From Mizuhopecten yessoensis (lineage: Eukaryota): a DNA stretch of 64,000 nt. The translations under genes and the position numbers were made by a program. The notes under the pieces are model-generated. The model did no database searches. It worked only from the letters and a program-made list of their open reading frames with translations, and was not told the DNA's origin. Shown piece after piece: positions 25,346 to 37,059 of this stretch; within the stretch, counting starts at the first letter, position 1, and the number at the start of each line of letters is the position of its first letter. The DNA lies in contig NW_018404308.1 of assembly GCF_002113885.1 (NCBI RefSeq), forward strand, positions 610,961 to 674,960, given 5' to 3'.

Positions 25346-28300
25346 GTATGTGTATTTATGTGCTGTGTGTAAAGCTGTGTTACTTAAAACAATCAAAGTT
25401 CCAATAATATTAAACCACATGAGTACATTGATAAGGTCCCACCTCAGCCTGGGAACATAATTCCGGAGTCCTGTCTTGGAAGTGACCATGATCCCCATCC
25501 TATAATTACATATATATCTGCTGAGCATTAAGAGACAAATACATTCAGGCATCTGGAATCAGCCCTTGGGTAACGCATCACCCTTGTAACTAGTCATAGG
25601 ACCATAACATGAAATCTGTTGAGATTCTGATATGTCGACAAAAGGCTATTCTGACAAAAGGCTATTCTTCCCGACCAGTTGATCATATTGTATGCTATGA
25701 AGCATTCTTTGAACTAGGGAACCAAACATCATAGAAAAGATGGGTGTAGTCTTTCTTGTTGCTGAGAGGCAGGGCTCAAAATGGAAGAAATTTGCAAAAC
25801 ATGTTTTACTGTTTATGATAATAATGTTTTACCTTCAAAATTGTTTAACTAAACAGGTGAGCAATACAGGGTTTTCATAACAAATATACTTTTTAAGTGG
25901 TAAATGTACATGTATGTGTACTCAACACCTGCAAATCTCTAGTAAAGGGAAATGTATGTGTACTCAATACCTGCAAATCTCTAGTAAAGCGAAATGTATG
26001 TGTACTCAATACTTGCAAATCTCTAGTAAAGCGAAATGTATGTGTACTCAATACCTGCAAATCTCTAGTAAAGGGAAATGTATGCAAGTGCATGCATGAT
26101 TGTCACACTGTGTTATGTAATATATACTATCAGAACCAAAACATTCCAGAACCTGAGTAATAGAGATCTATCTCTGTAAACCAAACTATATTCTGAAATA
26201 TTGTAGAATATTTTCTGTTCTAAACATATTGATCTATTTTCACAGTTACCTTGGCCTTTGATGATATAATCGCCATAAAGAAGGAAGACTCAACTTGTAC
26301 AGGATCAACAGAATCATTTGTAGATCATCCCAATCCTTCCTCCTCCTCATCAACCATCATCCATTATATCAAGAAGGTTCCAGATGATCCAAAATGGAGT
26401 CACGCCACTGTTAAGATATCTCCAAGCTCGGAGAAGGAATGTGATTACAAAATAATACTGGAAAAAGTGCAAGCCAAGTTTGATAAAGGTATGTGATGTG
26501 TTGTTTTATTCATTTAATGTTATTGTATTTGATAAAGGTTTGTGATGTATTGTTTTATTCATTTAATGTTATTGTATTTGGAGAATTTATCACGTAATTG
26601 TTGTGTTGTTGTGTCCACAGTGGTAGAAACGAGACCAAACAAGCTGCTCGTTCTGATGAACCCTATCGGTGGGAAGAGACAGGCCCGGACTATGTATGAT
26701 ACCGTAATGACACCTTTGTTTGAGCTTGCCAACATTTCCTGCCATCTCATAGGTACAGTACTTATTGAATAATGTTTCTATATCTAATGTTCCAAATTTA
26801 ATTTTCCTTGCATTGAAAAAATGGAGGAATTGTTTTAATAGACTTTGAAATTATTGTTTAAAAATAAAATACATCTAGTTAGTGTTGTTTTTACCTTGTT
26901 AGTGTTTCTTGTTCTTAGTTCTATATTCAGTTAGTTTACATTTAGTAACTGTTAGTTAATCATCCAGTTAAGTGTTAAATCTGCACATGTACAGTTAATG
27001 TTAAGTCTACATCGAGTAAATGGACATCTACCACAGTTACATGTATAAACAATGTAGTATACATTTTATATCTGATAAGTTTAAGTCCTAGTCACCATTA
27101 CCTTTCTGAGTTTTTAGTCTTATAACTCAACTTCAGTCTTACACTTCAGTTTCGGAAAGACCCAAACATCTGATTGAGGTTCTCAAAACATATGACTACA
27201 AGTCCATGGATGGGTGAGTGATCTGTCAATCTCTTGATGAAAACAAATAATCTTGTATATACACTGTATTACTTGTGTTGCATGAAAAATATTATCATTA
27301 ATTTGAGGATTTTTCTATTGTTTGTCTGCAGGATTGTGATGATGGGAGGAGATGGCACGTTCACAGAAATTATAAATGTCCTGATGAGGAAAACCCAAGA
27401 GGAAGCTGGTGTAGACTACAATGATCCTACAGCTAAACTCCAGAGGGTATCCACACCACTGGCTGTTATACCTACAGGTAAGTGTTCAGGTGTAGGTCAG
27501 GACCTTACAGTCACTGGCTGTTATACCTACAGGTAAGTGTTCAGGTGTAGGTCGTCAGGACCTCACAGTCACTGGCTGTAATACCTACAGGTAAGTGTTC
27601 AGGTGTAAGTCAGGCCCTCACAGTCACAGACTGTGATACCTACAGGTGAGTGTTCAGGTGTAGGTCAGGACCTCACAGTCACAGGCTGTTATACCTACAA
27701 GTAAGTGTTCAGGTGTAGGTCAGGACCTCACAGTCACTGACTGTTATACCTACAGGTAAGTGGTCAGGTGTAGGTCGTCAGGACCTCACAGTCACAGGCT
27801 GTGATACCTACAGGTAAGTGTTCAGGTGTAGGTCAGGTCCTCACAGTCACTGACTGTTATACCTACAGGTAAGTGTTCAGGTGTAGGTCGTCAGGACCTC
27901 ACAGTCACAGGCTGTGATACCTACAGGTAAGTGTTCAGGTGTAGGTCAGGACCTCACAGTCACTGACTGTTATACCTACAGGTACATCATGTAGGTGTTC
28001 AGAGGTTAGTATAAACCACAATTAGGCTTTTTGTACTCACTTAGCATGATGCTGATCTTCTTTAAACCGCTACTTGTCTTGAAAGATTGTTTTAAAAGGA
28101 TAGTTTTAAGAATTATCAATAAACAATTTCATACCACAGATCTGAATGTTGTTTTTTACGTTGTTTTACATATTGACTTCCGATACTTTTACAGGAACAG
28201 GAAATGGAGTGGCAGAAGGTCTCATTGGATGTCAAGATGTCCTCACAGCCACACTCCATGTTATTAGGGGTAAGTACTATTACGAACAGTAGTTGGTAGG

Positions 28301-31300
28301 CACGCATTCAAATTACTTCCATCAGTCGGCAAAAAACAATCGGTAATGCTTAGTTTTGACTCTGGCATCAGAATAAAATTTTCTCTGAAAATTTTAGAAT
28401 CACATGAAAGTGAAAGTAATACTGTAATTTAACTGTGTTTCTGGTGTGTTGGTCGAAGGGTAAATATCAATACAGCGAGATTCATTTTCATTAATGAAGG
28501 GGTCCCTTTAATCATTACTATTTTGCTACCAATGTGATAGTAGAATTAAAAACTGGTACATACCAAGTCTGCCCATAACAAAAGCAATGGAAAGAGGCTT
28601 CCCCATTGATAGTTGAGGTAGTGCTCTAATACTCTATAGATCTACCTGTTATCAGACTAGGGTAGAAAGGTCCCCCCGCAGGGGAGGGCAGAATTACAGG
28701 ACCATCAAGGTTTTAATAGCATTTGTTCTTCTTCCTTAACAAAACAAAATCCCAGGTAAAATACGGACCAACAGGATACTGGCCACCTATGCTGACAGTA
28801 GACTGGTAGGGTACAGTGGCTGTGTGTTTGGGATAGGACTGGCCGCAGACATGATGTATATTGCAGACAAAAAGCTTCGCTGGTTGAAGGCTGCCCGCTA
28901 CCTAGGTGAGATTACGTTACAGCTATAACATGATATAAATAAAGGGGATAGACTCCAGCAGACATAAAGTACCTGGTATACACACCCTTTACTAACCCCA
29001 CTCCTTGTGTTCACAGGTCGGGGTTGATGTGGTATAAAAGGGCTTTGTTCTGATAGGTGTGTGCTGCTGATGTACAAATTTACTACATACATTTTTTATA
29101 GAGTTACGATGATATATAGATAAGTGTTATGGTATAATATTTCTGGTGTTATATGATGGTCAATGTGTTTGATTGTGCTCATTAGTGACCTTCACTGTTT
29201 CCTTGTCACTATTCCGTTTCTTGTTTTGTGGCATGACTTGGATTGTACCTATATTTACACGGCGTGTTTCACTTTGATGGACTAGAAGATGTGTATTCCT
29301 TTTGAACACCTGGTCTATTCTCGTTGTAGTTTTTCAATTGTCTCCATGTTGATAATATCATTTTATCATATTTTGCCTAGTTTCAACAAATTTGAGTTTG
29401 AGGAATTGTTTTTTGACACATCAGTGTTCTCTTCTTTTATTGCTGTTTCCACCCAAATACAGTTAAGTCATAGCTTGTGACATTAACAGGCAATGAATAC
29501 TGTCTTTGAACATTGACAGTGGTAGGGTACTTGCTTCCACCCAAATACAGTTACAATAAAACAGACTAGCAATAACGTTTGTTATTATGGATAATGGCAT
29601 TGCAGTTCATCAAAAATCGTCCCACAGCTTGTAAATCTGGAAGTTTTAATACAGGCAAGGTAAGAGGAAACAGTTTTAAGTAAATAGTTAATAGAAGTTT
29701 GTCGACTGATTGCTATGGGGTATACTTTGTAACTTGATTACTGTATCACATTATTGCTATGGGGAATACTTTGTAACTTGATTACTGTATCACATTATTG
29801 CTATGGGGTATACTTTGTTACTTTATTAATATATAACATTATTTCTATGGGGTATAGTTTGTAACTTGATTACTGTATCACATTATTGCTATAGGGATTT
29901 TTTTGTAACTTGATTATTATATAACATTATTGCTATGGGGAATTCTTTGTTACTTGATTATTATATAACATTATTGCTATGGGGAATTTTTTGTAACTTT
30001 ATCACTACATAACATTATTGCTATGGGGAATTCTTTGAACTTGATTATTATATAACATTATTGCTATGGGTTATAGTTTGTTACTTGATTACTATATAAC
30101 ATTATTGCTCTGGGGAATTCTTTGTTACTTGATTATTATATAACATTATTGCTATGGGGAATTCTTTGAACTTGATTATTATATAACATTATTAACATTA
30201 ATGCTAAGTGTAATTCTTTGTTACTTGATTATTATGTAACATTATTGCTATGGAGAATTCTTTGTCACTTTATCACTATATAACATCATTGCTATGGGGA
30301 ATTCTTTGTTACTTGATTATTATATAACATTATTAACATTATTGCTAAGTGTAATTCTTTGTTACTTTATTACTATATAACATTATTGCTATGGAGAATT
30401 CTTTGTAACTTGATTATTATTTAACATTATTGCTCTGCGGAATTCTTTGTTACTTGATCATTATATAACTTTATTAACATTATTGCTATGGGAAATTCTT
30501 TGTTACTTGATTATTATATAACATTATTGCTATGGAGAATTCTTTGTTACTTGATTACTATATAACCTTATTGCTATGGGGAATTCTTTGTTACTTGATT
30601 ACTATATAACATTATTGCTATGGGGAATTCTTTGTTACTTGATTACTATATAACCTTATTGCTATGGGGAATTCTTTGTGACTTGATTACTATATAACCT
30701 TATTGCTATGGGGAATTCTTTGTTACTTGATTACTATATAACCTTATTGCTATGGGGAATTCTTTGTGACTTGATTATTATATAACATTATTTCTATGGG
30801 GTATAGTTTGTTACTTTATTACTATATAACATTATTGCTATGGGTTATACTTTGTTACTTGATTACTTTATAACATTATTTCTATGGGGTATAGTTTGTT
30901 ACTTTATTACTATATAACATTATTGCTATAGGGTATAGTTTGTTACTTGATTACAATATAACATTATTGCTATTGGGTATAGTTTGTTACTTGATTACTT
31001 TATAACTTTATTGCTATGGATTATCACTATGCTCTATATACCTGAATACTGTTGGCGATCAGATTCATTTGCTTAGTCAATGTTGATAATTCCTCATAAA
31101 ATTAATTTTGTAATGTCACGTGACCTGAGTTTGTAATGCAAGGCGAGTCGCCAAATAACAATTTGTTTTTATACGACTTTTGAATGATTCGTTTACGACA
31201 TTTGCTTTAATACCTCCACAAGTTTACCAGTGATATTCATTGTTACTGTTCCTGGGAGACATGAGATTTTGGTTTCAAAACAAGTCAAAGACATGTTTTT

Positions 31301-34300
31301 AGTTTATATTTCATTGTTAAACATGAAGTTCTCTGTTACAATTTCATGTATTTGAGTGGGTGCCTATATCTTTTTTTTATCTTCAGCATTACCGTTTGTC
31401 TTTATGTTAAGAGGCATACGACATACTGAAGCGGAGTTCACCATGAACATAAGGTAGTGTCTTGATCAATAATACATTATTTTTATGTATCAAATATTAA
31501 GTGTAAAATCTACCAAATGTTTTACCACTGACCTTTCTATATGTTTTTTTTTTTATTGTGTGTCCGGAATCGGCCCTTTTCTCCTTTAAAGTAACAAAAT
31601 GATACTTATACAGTTAACAACTTTCAGAAAAAGGATCACGATGAGAGACGGATCAGAGCAACACGAGGAATTTGTGTTTGAAGAGGGTAAATATACAATG
31701 TTATAGTAGTATGGTGACGTGCTATCATTGAATGCCTGGGGAGGGGAGTCACTTAAATCTTATATCTGGAGTTTAAGATGTTTATCACACATACATAATC
31801 TGTTATCCCTTTGGTTATGTGTGTCATACATGTCAAATGCACAGAGCATGTTTATCACGCCTCTTTCTAGATTAATAGTGCCCTTGCTTATGTGCCACAC
31901 ATAAAGCTTATTTCTCGAACCTTTGCCTTGAAACCAGAACATGTAGTTACATTTGCAGTCATTCAGTCCCGTATGTTGCGATTCATTGGTTCTGTGTGTA
32001 ACATACGTTGACTCATTAAGTTTAACATCCTCTTAGTAGTAATGACTGAATGTGAAATCCGCTTTCATTGTGTTCATATATTATGATCTTGATGTCATAC
32101 AATGTAATATCATCTCTTCTTCTGAGCCTTTGCCACGCCGATAAAACCTCACAAATCAGACTTACGTTACTTTTAGTCTATAAAACGTAACTAAATCACA
32201 CCTCTCCCTATAATCTATCAAACTCAGTGGTTTATAAAGTCATCATTAGTTGTTATTAAACTTTTTTTCAGAGAAAATAAATCAAGAGACCAGCATGGTC
32301 ATGAGCTGGCCATTTCAACTTCTGGATGATGCTGGTCACTTTAACCTCTTTAAATCCTGCATACGCAACGTCACCAGGAAACACAACGGAGACATGTTCA
32401 TGGTGATCTATGAACGTATGGGCTGGCTACAAATGCTTCAACATTTTCGTGATCTTCATGCGAGAAAAGATGGTGCGGTAAGCTGCGATTATCATAAAAA
32501 TCACATGTTGATGGGAGGGAAATTTTCTTATTTAACTGATTCACTAGTATGTTCCGCTTTATTTCAGTGTCATTTGTCACATTGTATTTAATACCTCTCC
32601 TCTGGTATTTAATTAACTGTTTTTGACAGGATTCAATATGCATTGTGAGCTCTCGTTTCTATTTTTTCTCAAAATACAGGGCTAGGAAAAATATTTCTTG
32701 TTCAATGAATGTTATTTTCTCTTGCTGGTATGAAGACATGCGGGCCTTTTGAGGAAGTACGAACATTTTGAAATGGTATTTTGGAATGTTTAAGAAAATT
32801 CCGTGTGGCGTGATGATAAATGATAAAAAAAAATATTTCTTTCGAATGGACTCTTTACATTGTTAATTAACGGACAACCAAGCAATTCTAAGTCAGGAAT
32901 ATGCCGAACTATTTGGAACACTTCAATGTTGGTACACCAGGAAACATTATCGGAAGCCGTCATAAATGTTTTCAAATTACATTTTGCGTTAATAATTTTG
33001 TAGAATGTTGTATCTGAATGAAACTTCCTCATCCGCAAGCACATGTCATATGTAATTCTGATCCTTGTGCAAACCTGTATTGTCATCATTTAACGGTGTT
33101 TTTTTTCTCTCACTTGCGTCTTACTTAAAATGACTCTTTATTTATTAACAACAAATGCTTCAAAGTTTAAGCTTGTTTTATATGTTTGTTCCTATAAATG
33201 ACCATTACCCACTTTCAAGATCACAGAGTTTAGATGTATAAAAACCATTTAGACGATTTCTTATGAATAACCAAGATACCTAGGTTCAATATTTTGCTTG
33301 AAGTATTCGGGCCTAGAGGGCTAGGGCTATTAAGATTGTTTAAATGAATTTATGCTTGGTATTCAACGTGTCACAACACCGAATACCGACTGAGCGATAC
33401 AGGCCTCTGTTGGGCCTCTTGTGTTGATCAAACCATCTTAACTACTGAATATGATCTAAAGTTAATTTTAAAGGCTAGTCTTTTCCAATCTTATAATAAT
33501 AATGATAATATACAACATTTATATAGCGCCTTATATAATTTGTAAAATTACTTTAAAGCGCCTTACAACATATGGATGATAGTATTAGTTATAATAGTGA
33601 AACAAAAAAAGGCTTACAATCACCTTCATACATTAAGCAATCAGATAGTCATCGCAATGTGCACATATATGAATAAATAAAGGGTGGTATTTACATGACG
33701 TCTTTGCAAAGAGTTATTACTCGACATTTATTTTATGTGACTGCTGATTATAATATTAAAGGACGTTGTTTTCTCGGGTTCCAATACCATGCTTCCAGTT
33801 ATAGTCACCAAAGTACATATGCCATTCTTTTGATTGTCAATAAGGTAGGAAATGTCGTAGATATTGGGCCTGTTGACTCCACTCTGTTTATAAAGAAATG
33901 TGTATCACGTATGTTTAGATGCAAATTTTGTAATCGCTGTCCGCTTGGTTTTCACTGGAAAACTGATTTATTCAGCTGTATCACTTATGATCAAGTAAAG
34001 TAAAGTGGTAAAGTATATAAAACGAAATCATGATTTTATTTTGTAATTAGTGTTTTACGGTGTTAGAAAAAGCCTGTTATAAAATAAATGTCGAGTGACA
34101 AAGTCAACAGGTTTACAGGGAGTTCCTCTACCTCTCGTTTGTTAGGTTGGGAGGTGTTTGTGGTTAAATATGAACATCTTATGTTTCAGTTTGAAAAGGA
34201 CTTTATAAAAATACGCCGGTGTCAGTCAATTAAAATAAGATTGAAAGAAAAGCCAGGAGAATCTAGCATTTACAATCGCCTAGTTTCTATTGACGGAGAA

Positions 34301-34738
34301 CTTCAGGAATGTGAGAACCCCGAGTATTTTGTAAGGTAGGTTCCAGTAAGAAAGAAGGTAAGCTTGACCGTTTTCACGGAAACAGTAACCAGATTTCCAT
34401 ACTCGTGTCTAGGTTGGTGTAGTGTCTAACTTTTCCGTTAATCTCCCAACTACTTTCTGTAGCTTTCAGCTATATATTACCAGTCATACCAAAATTCAAT
34501 GATATAACGACACACAAAATAGACAAAAACGCTGAGAATTCTCTTCTTCTAATTTGTATATTTGTAAAATTGTATGTAAAATCTTTATAGATATATTTAT
34601 TTACATCGTGTTTATCACCAGTATTGATATGTGTCGGGTTTTAATTTCAGAAATTTTGAAATATTGAAAAATTTGTGTTTTACTTACAGAATTTTGGACG
34701 GAGCTTTGAATTTGTTCTGTAGTACTGATCTTGTTTGA
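25204..34738 (+). CDS. CERK-like: Ceramide kinase-like gene B, complete, 12 coding exons, 492 aa
   Basis: Exons 25204-25345, 26246-26488, 26621-26752, 27150-27213, 27332-27477, 28195-28269, 28756-28905, 31387-31453, 31628-31686, 32272-32477, 34190-34335, 34690-34738 sum to 1479 nt, open to TGA. Motifs RPNKLLVLMNPIGGK, GGDGTFTE, TQEEAGVDYNDP (CERK-type), IPTGTGN, LRWLKAARY, SIDGE. Confidence 0.92.
25908..26085. repeat. 42-bp tandem repeat, about 4 copies
   Basis: Unit aatgtatgtgtactcaatacctgcaaatctctagtaaaggga. Confidence 0.93.
26246..26488 (+). CDS. CERK-like B exon (PH-like region)
   Basis: TLAFDDIIAI...IIHYIK...QAKFDK; cacag/gtatgt. Confidence 0.88.
26479..26580. repeat. 49-bp tandem duplication spanning a 5' splice site
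   Basis: tttgataaag|gt(a/t)tgtgatgt(g/a)ttgttttattcatttaatgttattgta x2. Confidence 0.92.
26621..26752 (+). CDS. CERK-like B exon (RPNKLLVLMNPIGGK)
   Basis: C1 motif. Confidence 0.92.
27150..27213 (+). CDS. CERK-like B exon (VSERPKHLIEVLKTYDYKSMDG)
   Basis: ttcag/gtgagt; 64 nt. Confidence 0.88.
27332..27477 (+). CDS. CERK-like B exon (IVMMGGDG...AVIPT)
   Basis: GGDG motif; its donor is the first unit of a tandem array. Confidence 0.93.
27457..27984. repeat. 55/58-bp minisatellite, 10 copies of the exon end plus 5' splice site
   Basis: Unit ggctgttatacctacag|gtaagtgttcaggtgtaggtc(gtc)aggacctcacagtcact. Confidence 0.96.
28195..28269 (+). CDS. CERK-like B exon (GTGNGVAEGLIGCQDVLTATLHVIR)
   Basis: 75 nt; ttttacag/gtaagt. 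Confidence 0.92.
28756..28905 (+). CDS. CERK-like B exon (GKIRTNR...GLAADMMYIADKKLRWLKAARYL)
   Basis: C4-like motif; cag/gtgag. Confidence 0.9.
29709..31020. repeat. About 44-bp minisatellite (gene B intron)
   Basis: Unit attgctatggggaattctttgttacttgattattatataacatt. Confidence 0.95.
31387..31453 (+). CDS. CERK-like B exon (ALPFVFMLRGIRHTEAEFTMNI)
   Basis: 67 nt; phases fit. Confidence 0.83.
31628..31686 (+). CDS. CERK-like B exon (KRITMRDGSEQHEEFVFEE)
   Basis: 59 nt; tttcag/gtaaat. Confidence 0.82.
32272..32477 (+). CDS. CERK-like B exon (EKINQETSMVMSW...HARKDGA)
   Basis: tttttttcag/gtaagc. Confidence 0.86.
33495..33570 (-). mobile_element. L2-type LINE/SINE 3' end remnant
   Basis: Reverse strand tgtaaggcgcttt...taaggcgctatataaatg..(TAT)n. 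Confidence 0.55.
34190..34335 (+). CDS. CERK-like B exon (FEKDFIKI...VSIDGELQ...)
   Basis: C5 DGE motif. Confidence 0.88.
34690..34738 (+). CDS. CERK-like B terminal coding exon (RILDGALNLFCSTDLV*)
   Basis: ttacag acceptor; phase 2; resembles the family C-terminal strand. Confidence 0.78.
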
Positions 34739-35271
34739 TTTATTGTCGTGGTCTGACGAAGCAGTACAGACTTGCTCTTTGGATCTGCCTTATGTCGTAC
34801 AAGTAAATATATGTTTTCCTTAAAGTACCAATTTAGCGCTGTTGTATTATTGTTATATATCGTTTGTGTATGCAGGTGCATGCATTCTAAGGCTCTTGTT
34901 TTTGTAAAATTGCGAGTGGTATCTGAAGTCATTACAAACTGGTGAAATCTGATAATCTTATCTTATAATACCGACAATTAAAACCCTACGAACGGTAAAA
35001 TATTCTTTTATCACATTATGTGCTGTGTTATCCAGTGAATATACCCATGTCATATTTTTTACGTATTAACCCATGTAAAATCACCTATCAGCCCTGTGAT
35101 TGGTTGTAAATTCCAATTGTTTCAATTGTGCCGTTACGCCTAGGACAAGAACATGCCGTAACAGACTTACGACCTGGAGTCAAAATGGCAGCTTTTTACA
35201 TTTCAGGGTTATATGAAAATTGTCGTTTTACATGAATAGATGTCACAAATCTTGATTATGTGGAAAAAAAA

Positions 35272-35437
35272 TGATCTTACAATCGTTTTCATTTCATATG
35301 AAATTTATGAAACCGTCACGAATCATTCATTTTAGCTCGCCAGAGGCTCGCTGCCAGAGGCTCGCTAAAATGAAAAAAATCAATCTTAGACTCGTTTCAT
35401 AAATCTCGTATGAATTGGAAACTCATGTAAGATCCTA
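35272..35437. mobile_element. Palindromic fold-back element (possibly Crypton-like non-autonomous)
   Basis: gatcttaca...catatgaaatttatgaaac / gtttcataaatctcgtatg...tgtaagatc inverted arms. Confidence 0.6.
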
Positions 35438-35613
35438 TATATGAGTACCTAATAACAAATTATGTAATGAAATATACATTTCAGTGTGTTTATTATGAAC
35501 ATTGATATGATTAATTATATATATATCTTGTTTAATAACACAATGTTTAAAGTAGCGTTGAACATCCTTTCGTAAATATTTTTACATCTGAACATTTGAC
35601 TCATTTTCAAATA

Positions 35614-35804
35614 CTGTATACCAGGAAACTTTCGCCCTTCGTCAGTAAAATACATATTGTCCTGTCATTAATTTTGTTCTTCATATTTGATTCCTATGTT
35701 TGTGATGTTGATTACGGAAATTCGCTGTTATGATACATTCGCCCTCATAGCGTTGGGCGAAAATGGCGAAATTTAAACAGCAGTGACTATTTCCCGGTAT
35801 ACAA
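35614..35804. mobile_element. Tc1/mariner-type MITE
   Basis: TA-ctgtataccaggaaa ... tttcccggtatacaa-TA. Confidence 0.6.
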
Positions 35805-36211
35805 TATATCGGTGATGGGTTGTCTTTAAAGAAAAAGAGAAAACAGTAATCAATTGATAACCCTTTCTTTAATTGTTTGATACATTAGGTAACAACAAAT
35901 TATGACGAAGGTCTGAGGGTCCTTCGCAAATCAGGTATCGGTGTCGACACTGTATACCCCCAAACGTTTTGATAGCTGCATGTTTGAAAAACTACTTCGC
36001 TGTACTAAACATTAAATGAAGATTTTTAAGTCTTGACCCCAAAGTACGAATCATTAATGTCTCAAGTGGTTCCTATAGAGGAACTTTGCAAAGTTTTAAC
36101 ATTGTCTTTCGTTGCTGTATTCAAATTCCATGTGCTTTAATGTATGTAATTGAAAAGTGTAGCAAATAACAACAGTGTTTACTCTTCCGGAACACCCGCT
36201 TTCATCCCCAG

Positions 36212-36565
36212 TTGTTTTGTAGGTTATTTTATGGCTGCTCTTTTTGTTTGGTAGGTTATTTTATGGCTGTTCTGTTTGTTTGGTATGCTATTTTATGGCT
36301 GTTCTGTTTGTTTGGTAGGTTTTTATGGCTGTTCTGTTTGTTTGGTAGTTTCTTACATGGCTGTTCTGTTTGATTGGTAGGTTTTTATGGCTGTTCTGTC
36401 TGTTTAGTGGGTTATTATATGGCTGTTATGTTTGTTTGGTAGGTTTTTATGGCTGTTCTGTTTGTTTCGTAGGTTATTTTATGGCTGTTCTGTTTGTTTT
36501 TTAAGGTTATTTTATGGCTGTTCTGTTTGTTTGGTAAGTTTTTATGTCTGTTCTGTTTGTTTTGA
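36212..36565. repeat. About 29-32-bp tandem repeat
   Basis: Unit ggttattttatggctgttctgtttgtttggta. Confidence 0.9.
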
Positions 36566-37059
36566 TGTCATGACTTCAAGTTCGAGTTAAGCTTTTCTTC
36601 GAAGGTATCCGGAAGTTTATACTCAAGATTGAGGCCTTTCCGGTAGACTACAGATACAGAAAACAATAAGCAAAGTCGTCATCGTAGGGGAAATATGAAT
36701 GATAATAAAAAAAAATTTAAAAAAAGGATAGAAACGACAGATATTCTCTTCATGGTGTGAACATACCTAATTATTTACATTTTTTCACACTTTGTACAAA
36801 ATACAGCTTGCCTCTATCTCACGATAGCTTGCCATTGTCTGCCATTGAAACACATACCCCGATAATAATGTACGTATTCATACCCTTAGATAGTGTTTTT
36901 TCAATATATTTTAATAGCATCACATTTACAATATACAGTAATTTTTATATACAGTGTAAATTAATATTGTGATTATCGTTCATATTTTACCCAATACATG
37001 ATTGTGTAATCGGTTGTTATAATCTATTTCTTATACATTTTAAATTTTATAGCATGAAT

